Assembly (NCBI GenBank): GCA_045605805.1
Contig: JAZUQR010000024.1
Coordinates: 1 to 36,786, forward strand
Length of the DNA stretch: 36,786 bases
Source of the DNA: Alphaproteobacteria bacterium
Lineage (GTDB): Bacteria > Pseudomonadota > Alphaproteobacteria > CAAHEQ01 > UBA3637
Reading direction: 5' to 3'
Shown: positions 8,796 to 17,965 of the stretch, piece by piece
How positions within the stretch are numbered: the stretch's first letter is position 1
Layout: every line of letters starts with the position of its first letter
Program-made: the position numbers and the translations under genes
The notes under the pieces: model-generated
What the model was told of the DNA's origin: nothing
Seen by the model: the letters and a program-made list of their open reading frames with translations, nothing else
The model's database searches: none

Positions 8796-9614
8796 TTATA
8801 TTTCTGGTCGTAAATCGGGCGCTAAATCCCAATAGGGTTCTTTTTCGTGTATCGGCATAATAAGCGGGGTATAGTTGTCAACACTTATTCCCAAGGGGTT
8901 GAGTAATGTTTTTGGTCGTTTGAATGAAGTGCGTATAAAGATTTTAGTTCTTTCACGATTGACTGCTTTTGAGATTTTACAATCGATACATTTTTTTGAA
9001 TTATCGGTACAGTTGCATTCAGAAACTAAATCATCTGTGATGGGCAGATCGTATGTTTCAATAATGGCTTGCCATAAATTGGAATGAATGACTTTTAGGT
9101 CAAAGATGTGTGTTTCTCGGATTAAACTTTTGCCTCGTGTTTCTTCCAGCATTGTTCGTGCTTTTTGTTGAAAATTACTGAACAACTGTGGCTCAGACAG
9201 TTGTGCCACAACCCCTGTGTTTCCCCAATTATATTCCATTGTATCTATGGCCCAGACGGTGCTGTTTCGTGCAATCAGATATTCACGCAACCGGTCTTCG
9301 GTGACCAACAGCATAGGATCCACAATAATACTTGCAGATTCATTGGCTTTTAATTGTTTGTTCAAGGGATCTATGCTGAATATTTGCCATGTGGAACCTT
9401 TTCTGATGGAAACATCTAAATGGGTGATTTGATAGTTCAAGAAAGTTGCAAAGATTATTAAAAGGGCACTTAAAAGGACAACAGATATTGTTAGGGTTCG
9501 GGTCATTTTGAAAAAGACACGTTCCGGTAATGCCGACACATTAAGGCGCAAAGGATAGACTTCCAATTCGTCTTTTAAGTTTTCGGGAAATGCTTCTTTG
9601 TTATGTTTTGACAT
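8796..9614 (-). CDS. Bitopic membrane protein, VirB8-like
   Basis: Single TM near the N-terminus, 'LREYLIARN' helix and C-terminal NPLG-x-x-V-x-x-Y typical of VirB8; extra Cys cluster. Confidence 0.6.
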   Translation of the reverse strand: MSKHNKEAFPENLKDELEVYPLRLNVSALPERVFFKMTRTLTISVVLLSALLIIFATFLNYQITHLDVSIRKGSTWQIFSIDPLNKQLKANESASIIVDPMLLVTEDRLREYLIARNSTVWAIDTMEYNWGNTGVVAQLSEPQLFSNFQQKARTMLEETRGKSLIRETHIFDLKVIHSNLWQAIIETYDLPITDDLVSECNCTDNSKKCIDCKISKAVNRERTKIFIRTSFKRPKTLLNPLGISVDNYTPLIMPIHEKEPYWDLAPDLRPEI

Positions 9615-9726
9615 ATTCTCCTCACTGTGATAGGTTTAGGATATAAAAAAAAAATTGCGGATGCAAGAAAAAACTTGTGATTTTGAAGAAAATATGCCCT
9701 AATGATATCAGAACACAGGAGGATGG

Positions 9727-10131
9727 ATGAAATCTGTTTTTTATTTTATGTTTTTTTTAGGTTTTGTTTGCCTTGGTTGTAATGCTTTTGCCAAGATGAC
9801 GGATGCAGAACGGTTGGGTATTATGGCCGGTTCTGCCGTTGCATGTGGGGCGACAAAAAAGTTGGACGATTTTGAATTGATTGCTTCTCGTATTTTGGCC
9901 AATCAATCTGCCACAGACGAAATTGAAACTGCCAATGTGCGTCGCTATATGGAAACAAAATATCGTGTCATGAATATGCAAAAGATGGATATGGAAACTT
10001 GTGACGAAGTGTTGCGCCAATTCAATGCCTTGCCGATTTTTCAATCGGTTGTGTATGCGGATGGTTCGGTTAAATTGCCGGATGGTAAATGGTCTAAACC
10101 CCTCAGAAAAGTCAAACACAAGAAAAAATGA
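9727..10131 (+). CDS. Hypothetical exported protein
   Basis: AGGAGG RBS, signal peptide ending AFA, ATGA overlap with recG. Confidence 0.75.
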   Translation: MKSVFYFMFFLGFVCLGCNAFAKMTDAERLGIMAGSAVACGATKKLDDFELIASRILANQSATDEIETANVRRYMETKYRVMNMQKMDMETCDEVLRQFNALPIFQSVVYADGSVKLPDGKWSKPLRKVKHKKK

Positions 10132-12173
10132 GACCTAGCTTATTAAATCCATTATTTGCCAATGTTGATTCGTTCAAAGGAATTGGACCCAAACTTTCTT
10201 TGTGGATTCACAAACTTTGTGGTGATAAAGTGGTGGATGTTTTGTGGCATTTCCCTTCGGGAGTGAAGCTGCGTCCGATTTTGGACAAAGTGCCGTTTCA
10301 GCCGACTTTGGGAACAATTCAAGTGGCGGTGACGGCCCATCAAATCTCCAAAATGCGTCGCAAACCTTGTGTGGTTTTTGGCAACAGTGCTTTGGGGGAG
10401 GTGCAGCTTGTATTTTTTAATTATCACGCTTCTTTTTTGAATCAAAAAATGGCGGTTGGACAATCGGTGTGGGTGTCTGGTGTGATGGTGTATGAAAACA
10501 GCTTTATCAAGGTTGTGCATCCAGATTATATTGAAACAGATATTTCTAAAATCCCACAATTTGAAGCAGTTTATCCCTTAAAGGCAGGGGCAAATGGAAA
10601 GGTGGTGCGCAAATTGATTGAACGCATTTTGCCCACTTTGCCCTCATTGCCGGAAGAAATTGATGATTCTTTGTTGAATAAGCGGCATTGGCCAACTTGG
10701 AAACAGGCTGTTGAATTATTACATTGTCCTAAAACGCCCGAAGATTTATTGCCCTGTGTGCCGGCAAGGGAACGGTTAGCCTATGACGAATTGTTGGCGA
10801 ATCAGCTGATGTTGCATCTTGTGCGTCGGCAAAATAAAAAACAGGCCGGAAAAGTATTGCCCATACAAAATCAATTAAACCTGAATTTGCCTTTTGAATT
10901 GACACAGGCGCAAAAACAGTGTTTGAAAGAGATTCGGGATGATTTGGCTTCTTGTGACAGGATGGTTCGCTTATTACAAGGGGATGTTGGGTCTGGCAAG
11001 ACAATTGTTGCTTTATTGTCGGCACTACAAGCTATTGAAAACGGGGCGCAAGTGGCGTTGTTGGCTCCCACAGATATTTTGGCCCATCAACACTTTGACA
11101 AAATAAAATCCTTTTGTCGGGAATTGCCGATTGAAGTGGGGCTTTTAACAGCCCGTGAAAAGGGCAAAAAACGGCAAGAGATTTTGGAAAGATTGCGCTT
11201 GGGTCGTTTGCACTTACTGATTGGAACGCATGCGCTTTTGCAAGAAGATATTGTTTTTCAAAATCTTGGGCTTGCAGTGATTGATGAACAACACCGTTTT
11301 GGTGTGAAGCAAAGGCTTGCGTTGGCCGAAAAAGAAAAGGGGGTGAACTTGCTTGTGATGACGGCAACACCTATTCCTCGCACGCTTGCTTTAACAACCT
11401 ATGGTGATATGGATGTGTCTGTTTTGGGTGAAAAGCCAGCTGGACGGCAACCCATTGAAACCCGCGTGATGCCTCTTGGAAAAATCCCAGAACTGATTCA
11501 CAAAATAAAAAGCAATCCCACTCAGGTTTATTGGGTTTGTCCGTTGGTTGAAGAATCAGAATCTTCTGATTTAATGGCGGTACAAAAACGATATGCTGAA
11601 TTATGTGCCTTTTTCCCTCAGCAAGTGGGGCTTGTTCATGGGAAGATGAAAGCAGACGCAAAAGACAAAGCTATGCAGGATTTTATTGCTGGTAAGACAA
11701 AGATTTTGGTTTCTACTACTGTGATTGAAGTGGGGGTGGATGTGCCTTCGGCCGGTTTGATGATTGTAGAGCATGCTGAACGCTTTGGCTTGGCAACATT
11801 GCATCAGCTGCGAGGGAGAGTAGGGCGTGGTCAAGAAAAAGCGGTGTGTTTATTGTTGCATGGCCGTTTGTCGGCAATTGCCAGAGAACGTTTGTCTGTG
11901 CTGCGTGAGTCGGATGATGGGTTTAAGATTGCTGAGGCTGATTTGAAATTGCGTGGTTGTGGCGAGGTTTTAGGGGTGCGCCAAAGCGGTATGCCTTTGT
12001 TCCATATTGCACAAATGCCAGAGCATGCGGATTTGTTGTTGCTTGCGAATCAAGAGGCGGGGCGGATTTTGAAAGAGGATGCTTTTTTTCAAACAACTCG
12101 TGGACAAGCGGTTAAAAATATGCTATACCTATTCCAAAAGGAAAAATGCTTGGATTTGTTGAAAGCGGGTTAG
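10128..12173 (+). CDS. recG: ATP-dependent DNA helicase RecG
   Basis: GDVGSGKT, DEQHRFG, TATPIPRT and QLRGRVGRG motifs. Confidence 0.97.
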   Translation: MRPSLLNPLFANVDSFKGIGPKLSLWIHKLCGDKVVDVLWHFPSGVKLRPILDKVPFQPTLGTIQVAVTAHQISKMRRKPCVVFGNSALGEVQLVFFNYHASFLNQKMAVGQSVWVSGVMVYENSFIKVVHPDYIETDISKIPQFEAVYPLKAGANGKVVRKLIERILPTLPSLPEEIDDSLLNKRHWPTWKQAVELLHCPKTPEDLLPCVPARERLAYDELLANQLMLHLVRRQNKKQAGKVLPIQNQLNLNLPFELTQAQKQCLKEIRDDLASCDRMVRLLQGDVGSGKTIVALLSALQAIENGAQVALLAPTDILAHQHFDKIKSFCRELPIEVGLLTAREKGKKRQEILERLRLGRLHLLIGTHALLQEDIVFQNLGLAVIDEQHRFGVKQRLALAEKEKGVNLLVMTATPIPRTLALTTYGDMDVSVLGEKPAGRQPIETRVMPLGKIPELIHKIKSNPTQVYWVCPLVEESESSDLMAVQKRYAELCAFFPQQVGLVHGKMKADAKDKAMQDFIAGKTKILVSTTVIEVGVDVPSAGLMIVEHAERFGLATLHQLRGRVGRGQEKAVCLLLHGRLSAIARERLSVLRESDDGFKIAEADLKLRGCGEVLGVRQSGMPLFHIAQMPEHADLLLLANQEAGRILKEDAFFQTTRGQAVKNMLYLFQKEKCLDLLKAG

Positions 12174-12174
12174 G

Positions 12175-12621
12175 ATGACAGTTAAGTTCACATTACAGCC
12201 ACCCGAGGTGACCAAAAGATTACGCAAGGAGTTTCATCACAAACGATTAAACAGGGTGTTTGTGTTGTGGCTTTACAGAACAGGGCGCTTAAATGCGTAC
12301 AGCCATGAAATAGATTTAATTCGTGCCTCCAGAGGCCGTGCGCCTTCCAACTTTGATGTGCATCATATTGTGCCTTTATCGGGGGGTGGTACAAACCGAT
12401 TTTCAAATATGTGTTTAATTGAACGCAGCTTACATCGCTTTATCAATAAAAAATGTTTTGATCCGGCTTTGAAAAACATTAAAATTGGTGAAACGGTTAT
12501 TATCAATGTGCCGGATTTTCCTCGTGTTGCTTTGCGCAGAGAATATAATGGGTGGATTGATAAAATCTTACAGCAATCCAGAAGTGCAAACAGATTTTAC
12601 AAGTTTTTACGAAAAAAATAA
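12175..12621 (+). CDS. HNH endonuclease-domain protein
   Basis: HHIVPLSGGGTN..SNMCLI...H motif. Confidence 0.8.
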   Translation: MTVKFTLQPPEVTKRLRKEFHHKRLNRVFVLWLYRTGRLNAYSHEIDLIRASRGRAPSNFDVHHIVPLSGGGTNRFSNMCLIERSLHRFINKKCFDPALKNIKIGETVIINVPDFPRVALRREYNGWIDKILQQSRSANRFYKFLRKK

Positions 12622-12651
12622 AAAATCCCCCCTTGTGAATAGGAGGGATTT
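12620..12651. terminator. Terminator between convergent genes (stronger on the - strand)
   Basis: - strand AATCCCTCCT-ATTCACA-AGGGGGGATT followed by a T-run. Confidence 0.75.
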
Positions 12652-12664
12652 CAAAAGTACACGC

Positions 12665-13396
12665 CTAACGGCCTTGTTTTTTTGTAAAGAGATTTTGAAG
12701 CAGATTTTGTTTAGTGCTTTCTGTTGTTTCTTTGGTGGAATCACAGCGTTTTTGGTCGTTCATTTCCAACATTTTGTCCATTTGTGCAAAGACAGATTTA
12801 ATATCTTTAATTCCCCAACGGGCAATAAGCGCTTTTTGATTTTCTAATTCAGCCCAATTCAATCCCTTTGGATTATCACGCAATTGACGATAAATATACA
12901 ACAAGTTATTGATATTGTTGATGGTTATTTTATACTCACCACGGATGGTGCTTGTATTTGCTTTTTGATAGTTGATATCAATGCCAGGAAATTGTTTTTC
13001 AAGGGCAGTTTTGCTTTGCATAAGATTGTTAAAATGTGCCGCAACCATTGCAGATGGCACATAAGTTTGTTTTTTATTTTTCAGCACTTGTGTGCTGTTA
13101 AAATCATCTGCACCGCTGTTGACATAAGCAATCACTGTTTGATATTGTTGTCGACGCAAATCAAAAATGAAGGGTGAGGCCATGTTTTCGTCATCCAAAT
13201 AAGGCTTGATGGCATCAAAAAAGTTGGTTGATTTTTGCCAATGCTTTGTTTTTTTCGGATTGTGCGACAAATAGTCGCAAGCCTCTTTTTCAAACTCGTT
13301 TGTATCTACGAAAAAAGATTTGCCGGCAGCTATCACTTCATCCATGGTAATTTGCTGGCGCTGTTCATCTGTTAAATTGTCCCAATTTTCGTTCAT
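12665..13396 (-). CDS. Hypothetical hydrophilic protein with a basic C-terminal tail (...FTKKQGR)
   Basis: 243-aa ORF with AAAGGA RBS and its own promoter and terminator. Confidence 0.8.
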   Translation of the reverse strand: MNENWDNLTDEQRQQITMDEVIAAGKSFFVDTNEFEKEACDYLSHNPKKTKHWQKSTNFFDAIKPYLDDENMASPFIFDLRRQQYQTVIAYVNSGADDFNSTQVLKNKKQTYVPSAMVAAHFNNLMQSKTALEKQFPGIDINYQKANTSTIRGEYKITINNINNLLYIYRQLRDNPKGLNWAELENQKALIARWGIKDIKSVFAQMDKMLEMNDQKRCDSTKETTESTKQNLLQNLFTKKQGR

Positions 13397-13427
13397 ATTG
13401 TATCCTTTCTGATTGAATATGAGGACT

Positions 13428-13455
13428 ATTATACCACAGAATTGTTATTTGTCAA
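13428..13455 (-). promoter_or_regulatory. Strong sigma70 promoter of the 243-aa ORFan
   Basis: TTGACA-16 nt-TATAAT with an extended -10 TG. Confidence 0.7.
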
Positions 13456-13465
13456 GTTATAGGGT

Positions 13466-13669
13466 TTAATAGTGTGGCGGTGGTGTTTCTTCTGATTGAG
13501 GTTTGACAATGGATACATCAATACTATCCCGCAATGAACGATAATCTCTTTCCAAGCGGTCAATCAGTTTTCCTTGACGAATGACAACGGTATTCAGGTC
13601 ATCCACTTGTGCTTCTAAATCGGCAATGTGGCGTTCAATATCAGTCAGACGTTCTGTGTGTTCAGACAT
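13466..13669 (-). CDS. slyX: SlyX family protein
   Basis: Short coiled coil ending in PPPHY. Confidence 0.9.
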   Translation of the reverse strand: MSEHTERLTDIERHIADLEAQVDDLNTVVIRQGKLIDRLERDYRSLRDSIDVSIVKPQSEETPPPHY

Positions 13670-15309
13670 TATATTTTTAACCTTTCAGATACTTCTTCTT
13701 TGCCTAAAATACGCATAATAGAACATAAATCAGGGCTTTGTGTGCGCCCTGTGATGGCTACCCGCAAGACTTTGGCCACATCGGCCACAGAGCCTTTATA
13801 TCCGGATGGATTGGCTTTGTAGGCTTTCATATCTGTTGCAAAACCGTTTTGTTCGGCAACCTGTTTTACCTTTGCAAACCATGCTTGATTGTCATCCGAA
13901 GGGTTATAAATCTGGGCAAAATCGGCTGCCACTTTTTGGATATCTTCATGTGAAAGAGGGGCTAAAGCTGTTTCATCATAGACAGGGCGGTTAAAGAAGA
14001 AAGAAGTTTCTTTTTCGGCATCTTCCCATTTGAACAAATCTTTTCTGGATTTGGCGCCAATACCTCGTTCAATATTGAAAATGGCGATACATTTTTCACG
14101 ATTGTTTTCCAATAAGGTGGCAAAATCGGGTTTATATTCTTTTGCCCAAGTTGTGACTTTTTCATAAACTCGCTCAGCGCTCATTCTGGCTACCACTTCA
14201 CGGGCGATACTGTTCAATTTTACCATATCAAATAACGCCCCTGCTGTGTTTGAAATTTTGTGAATGTCCATTGGAAAATCCAATACAGGAACATCTGGGT
14301 TTTGTTTTCGCCAATCTTCAAAGCTGGCATTCATTAAATTCAGAAGATATTCCAATACGGCATCTTGGGGATAACCATGTTCCGCAAAATAAGCGATATT
14401 TGCTTCCGGATCTAAACGCTTGGAAATCTTGCGACGCTTTCCATCTTCTCCCAATTTTTGTAATAACGCATGGTGCGCATATTTTGGGGGTTGCCATCCC
14501 ATCATGTGGAACAACTGAATATGTAAAGGCAACGAAGATAGCCACTCTTCACCACGAACGACATGGGTTGTGTGCATCAAATGATCATCAATCAGGTGAG
14601 CAAAATGGTAAGTGGGTAAGCCATCATTTGCCTTGATAATCACAACATCAATATCGTATTCAGGTAAAGATACTTTTCCTTTTAACAAATCTTCCACAAC
14701 GATACGTTTGGAATAATCTCCATTAGAGCGCAGACGAATACAGAAAGGTTTGCCTTCCTTCAAGTTAGACAAAATTTCTTCATCGGTTAAATGACGACAT
14801 TTGGCATAGCGTCCGTAATATCCAGGACGTAATCCTTGCTTTGTTTGAATCTTACGCACCATATCAATTTCATTGGGAGTACAAAAACAAGGATATGCTA
14901 ATCCCTTTTTCACCAGCTCTTTGGCAAACGCCTGATAAATGTCTTTACGCTCGGATTGTGTATAGGGTGCATACACGCCTTTTTCATTGCCCGATAAAGT
15001 ACGACCTTCATCAGGGTGAATCCCATAGTGAGCCAATGCGCCCAATACAACTTCTACTGCCCCTTCTACTTTGCGCTTTTGGTCGGTATCTTCTACACGC
15101 AAAAAGAAGACACCATTGTGTTGATGGGCTAAACGTTCTGCCATAAAACCTTGATAAAAGTTTCCAATATGTAAATAGCCGGTTGGGCTGGGTGCTAAAC
15201 GGGAAACAACAGCCCCTTCCGGTAATTGCCGTGGCGGATACTTTGCCAAAATTTCATCCACAGAAGGCAACGGATTCGGAAACAATAAATCTAAAATTTC
15301 AGGTGTCAT
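13669..15309 (-). CDS. gltX: Glutamate--tRNA ligase (long form)
   Basis: RLAPSPTGYLHIG, RVEDTD, AYPCFCT, THVVRGEEW and KISKR motifs. Confidence 0.96.
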   Translation of the reverse strand: MTPEILDLLFPNPLPSVDEILAKYPPRQLPEGAVVSRLAPSPTGYLHIGNFYQGFMAERLAHQHNGVFFLRVEDTDQKRKVEGAVEVVLGALAHYGIHPDEGRTLSGNEKGVYAPYTQSERKDIYQAFAKELVKKGLAYPCFCTPNEIDMVRKIQTKQGLRPGYYGRYAKCRHLTDEEILSNLKEGKPFCIRLRSNGDYSKRIVVEDLLKGKVSLPEYDIDVVIIKANDGLPTYHFAHLIDDHLMHTTHVVRGEEWLSSLPLHIQLFHMMGWQPPKYAHHALLQKLGEDGKRRKISKRLDPEANIAYFAEHGYPQDAVLEYLLNLMNASFEDWRKQNPDVPVLDFPMDIHKISNTAGALFDMVKLNSIAREVVARMSAERVYEKVTTWAKEYKPDFATLLENNREKCIAIFNIERGIGAKSRKDLFKWEDAEKETSFFFNRPVYDETALAPLSHEDIQKVAADFAQIYNPSDDNQAWFAKVKQVAEQNGFATDMKAYKANPSGYKGSVADVAKVLRVAITGRTQSPDLCSIMRILGKEEVSERLKI

Positions 15310-15355
15310 GGTTTTTCCTTTCTTTCAATTAGCGGAGAGTATATCATATTTTTGC

Positions 15356-15384
15356 TTGATTTTCAAGGGGGATTTTGTTATAAT
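15356..15384 (+). promoter_or_regulatory. sigma70 promoter of argS
   Basis: TTGATT-17 nt-TATAAT. Confidence 0.65.
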
Positions 15385-15411
15385 AGAACAAATTTTAACA
15401 AGGAGTATGAA

Positions 15412-17151
15412 ATGAATTTGCTGAATCTGATAACCATTAAAGTGTCACGGGCTTTTGAACAGGCTGGCTTTGCCTCAGACAATGTGTTAGTGCGTGCCGC
15501 TGACAGACCAGATTTGGCGGATTATCAATCAAACGGGGCATTGGCGTTGGCTAAGTCATTGCATCAAAATCCACGAGAGGTGGCCGAAAAAATTATACAG
15601 GAATTGAAAAAAGATGATTTCTTTGCAGATGTTTCTGTGGCGGGCCCCGGTTTTATCAATATGAAAATTAAAGATGAAGAATTGGTGCGCTTATCGGGTG
15701 AAATCCTGACTGAGGCAAAGGCGGGTTTTGAGCGAAAAGAAAATCCAAAAACTGTTGTGCTAGATTATTGTGGGCCCAATGTTGGCAAGGTTTTGCATGT
15801 GGGGCATTTGCGTTCTGGCAACATTGGTGATGCGGTGCGCCGTATTATGCAGTTTGCTGGTGACAAGACGATTGGTGATGCCCATTTGGGCGATTGGGGG
15901 CGGCCTATGGGGTTGGTTTTAACAGAATTACAGCATCGTTGGCCGGATATGCCTTATTTTCAGCCAAATTATTCGGGCGATGAAGGGTACATCATTCCTT
16001 TTTCTTTGGCAGATGTGACTGAGGCTTATCCGATTGCTTCGGCCAAAGCAAAGGAAGACGAAGCCTATATGAATCAGGCCAAAAACTATACTCGTGAGTT
16101 GCAACAAGGCAATAAAGGCTTGCGTGATTTGTGGGAAAAGTTTGTGGCTTTAACAAAGGCGGATGCCCAAGGATTGATGGAAAACTTGAATGTTTATTTG
16201 GATTTATGGTGGGGCGAAAGTACGGTCAATAATCGGTGTAATGAGATGATTGAACGCCTTAAAAAATCGGGCGATATGGTGTTGGATGACGGGGCTTGGA
16301 TTGTGCGATTGGATGAAAAAACACCTCCGGCTATTTTGGTGAATTCGGCCGGCGCAACCATGTATGCCGCTTCGGATTTGGCCACGATAGAGGCTCGTAT
16401 GGATGCGTTTAAGCCAGATGTGATGATGTATTTTACAGATGCCCGTCAATCATTGCATTTTGATCAGATTTTTAAGGTTGCCAGAAAAATAGGGATTGTG
16501 CCTGAAACCGTTTGTATGGAATATCAAGGCTTTGGTTCGGTGAATGGGGAAGATAACAAGCCTTATAAAACGCGTGACGGGGGTGTGCCGACTTTGCGTT
16601 CTATTATTGATTCGGCTGTGGCAAAGGCTCGTTCCAAAATGGAAAATGGTGATATGGGGCGGGATTTATCGGATGCCGAAAAAGATGAGATTTCTCAAAT
16701 TGTTGGTGTGGCCGCTTTGAAGTTTATGGATTTGATGAACGACAAAGTGAAAAACTATGTCTTTGATGAAGAACGGATGATTAGTACAGAGGGTAAGACA
16801 GGGCCGTATTTGCTGTATGCAATGGTGCGGATGAAGTCTGTTTTGGAAAAAATTGGTTTGCCCCAAAATGACACAATTCAGTTGTCAACACCGGTGGAAA
16901 GAAAGTTGTTGCTGAACCTATATACTTTTCCAGAAAATGTTCAAATTGCCTATGACAATCGGGCACCTCATGTGATTGCGGATTATTTGTATAAGTTGTG
17001 TCAAGATTTCAATTTATTCTATCACGATTGCCCAATGAAAGAGGCTGAGGCTGAGATTAAAAACAGTCGTTTGAACTTGGTTCAATATACCTTGAAAGTG
17101 GCCTTATTATGCGCAGATATGTTGGGCCTTAAAGTGCCGGACAAGATGTAG
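15412..17151 (+). CDS. argS: Arginine--tRNA ligase
   Basis: PNVGKVLHVGHLRS, GDWG, YKTRDG, G.TGPYL.Y motifs and terminal Met; start after AAGGAG RBS. Confidence 0.96.
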   Translation: MNLLNLITIKVSRAFEQAGFASDNVLVRAADRPDLADYQSNGALALAKSLHQNPREVAEKIIQELKKDDFFADVSVAGPGFINMKIKDEELVRLSGEILTEAKAGFERKENPKTVVLDYCGPNVGKVLHVGHLRSGNIGDAVRRIMQFAGDKTIGDAHLGDWGRPMGLVLTELQHRWPDMPYFQPNYSGDEGYIIPFSLADVTEAYPIASAKAKEDEAYMNQAKNYTRELQQGNKGLRDLWEKFVALTKADAQGLMENLNVYLDLWWGESTVNNRCNEMIERLKKSGDMVLDDGAWIVRLDEKTPPAILVNSAGATMYAASDLATIEARMDAFKPDVMMYFTDARQSLHFDQIFKVARKIGIVPETVCMEYQGFGSVNGEDNKPYKTRDGGVPTLRSIIDSAVAKARSKMENGDMGRDLSDAEKDEISQIVGVAALKFMDLMNDKVKNYVFDEERMISTEGKTGPYLLYAMVRMKSVLEKIGLPQNDTIQLSTPVERKLLLNLYTFPENVQIAYDNRAPHVIADYLYKLCQDFNLFYHDCPMKEAEAEIKNSRLNLVQYTLKVALLCADMLGLKVPDKM

Positions 17152-17611
17152 GTTCGCTTGGCGGTTGTATCAGGTGGATGACTTGACATTTTTTTTGAAG
17201 GGCGTACTGTAAACTGCGGTATGCCCCTCCGAAAGAATAGGGGATATAGCCAATTATGAATTGACTGCGGCTGATGACCCATTCGTTGCGTTTGATGATT
17301 TTGAAACGGAATGGGATTTTGTTTAATTCCATGGGATAGAGAAAACTTGAAAAAGCAATCTGTGTGTTATGCAAATCATTTTCATATGACAAGACATAAC
17401 AGATATTCAAATGATATTGTGGAAAGTCGTGTTTGAATTGCATGGCAATTTGGCTTGACACGATTTCAAAATTGCCGTTATTTCCCACATAAAATGTATT
17501 GACTTTATGTTTTTCTACCAATTCTGTCATAATTTGTCGGATACGGTTGCTCAATTCGTTTTTTGATAGCAACAGTTCATGGTGACCGATAAAAGCACAG
17601 GATTTTCTCAT
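17129..17611 (-). CDS. SLOG-superfamily protein (YspA/DUF1273-like)
   Basis: CAFIGH N-terminus, G..G.FE, RNEWVI..S and GGAY..L.YA motifs; GAAGGA RBS; overlaps the argS 3' end convergently by 23 nt. Confidence 0.75.
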   Translation of the reverse strand: MRKSCAFIGHHELLLSKNELSNRIRQIMTELVEKHKVNTFYVGNNGNFEIVSSQIAMQFKHDFPQYHLNICYVLSYENDLHNTQIAFSSFLYPMELNKIPFRFKIIKRNEWVISRSQFIIGYIPYSFGGAYRSLQYALQKKCQVIHLIQPPSEPTSCPAL

Positions 17612-17636
17612 TTGATTTTATTTCCTTCAAGTCTTA

Positions 17637-17667
17637 AAAGAGAAAACCCACTTCTCAAAAAGTGGGT
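17637..17667 (-). terminator. Intrinsic terminator ending RNA-B
   Basis: ACCCACTTT-TTGA-GAAGTGGGT followed by TTTCTCTTTT. Confidence 0.8.
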
Positions 17668-17865
17668 GGATGTTAGAAACTATTCACATCAAGCAAGATA
17701 GTCCTGCCTATTCAGGCAAAAACCCTATTCGGCAGGCATCCACCCCTATAACAGGTAGATGCCCGACAAAGAAAATAATACACCTTTCGTACGAAAGGAT
17801 ATAAAATTCGTTTGCCCTTGATGTGAAAAGGTTTCTACACCCTTTGTTTGGGTGGGCCCCCAAAC
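17640..17865 (-). ncRNA. Candidate structured RNA 'B' (~225 nt), family unrecognised
   Basis: Own promoter; 5' hairpin GTTTGGG/CCCAAAC; closing stem 17817-17842 pairs with 17668-17693; three internal hairpins; terminator. Confidence 0.65.
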
Positions 17866-17871
17866 AAAAAG

Positions 17872-17900
17872 AGTATAGCAAATCAAAAAATGAAATGCAA
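17872..17900 (-). promoter_or_regulatory. sigma70 promoter for RNA-B
   Basis: TTGCAT-17 nt-TATACT with an extended -10 TG. Confidence 0.7.
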
Positions 17901-17940
17901 TAAAAAAAACGGAAGCCGAATTTTCTCCTTTGTTAAAAAT

Positions 17941-17965
17941 TAAAACCACCTGAAAATCAGGTGGT
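17941..17965 (-). terminator. Intrinsic terminator ending RNA-A
   Basis: ACCACCTGA-TTT-TCAGGTGGT followed by TTTAATTTTT. Confidence 0.8.

Noticed and set aside
17746-17949. 67-aa ORF across RNA-B (also 18161..18409 and 18265..18459)
   Set aside because: No RBS, non-ATG or internal starts, and they cross promoters and terminators; better explained as chance frames.
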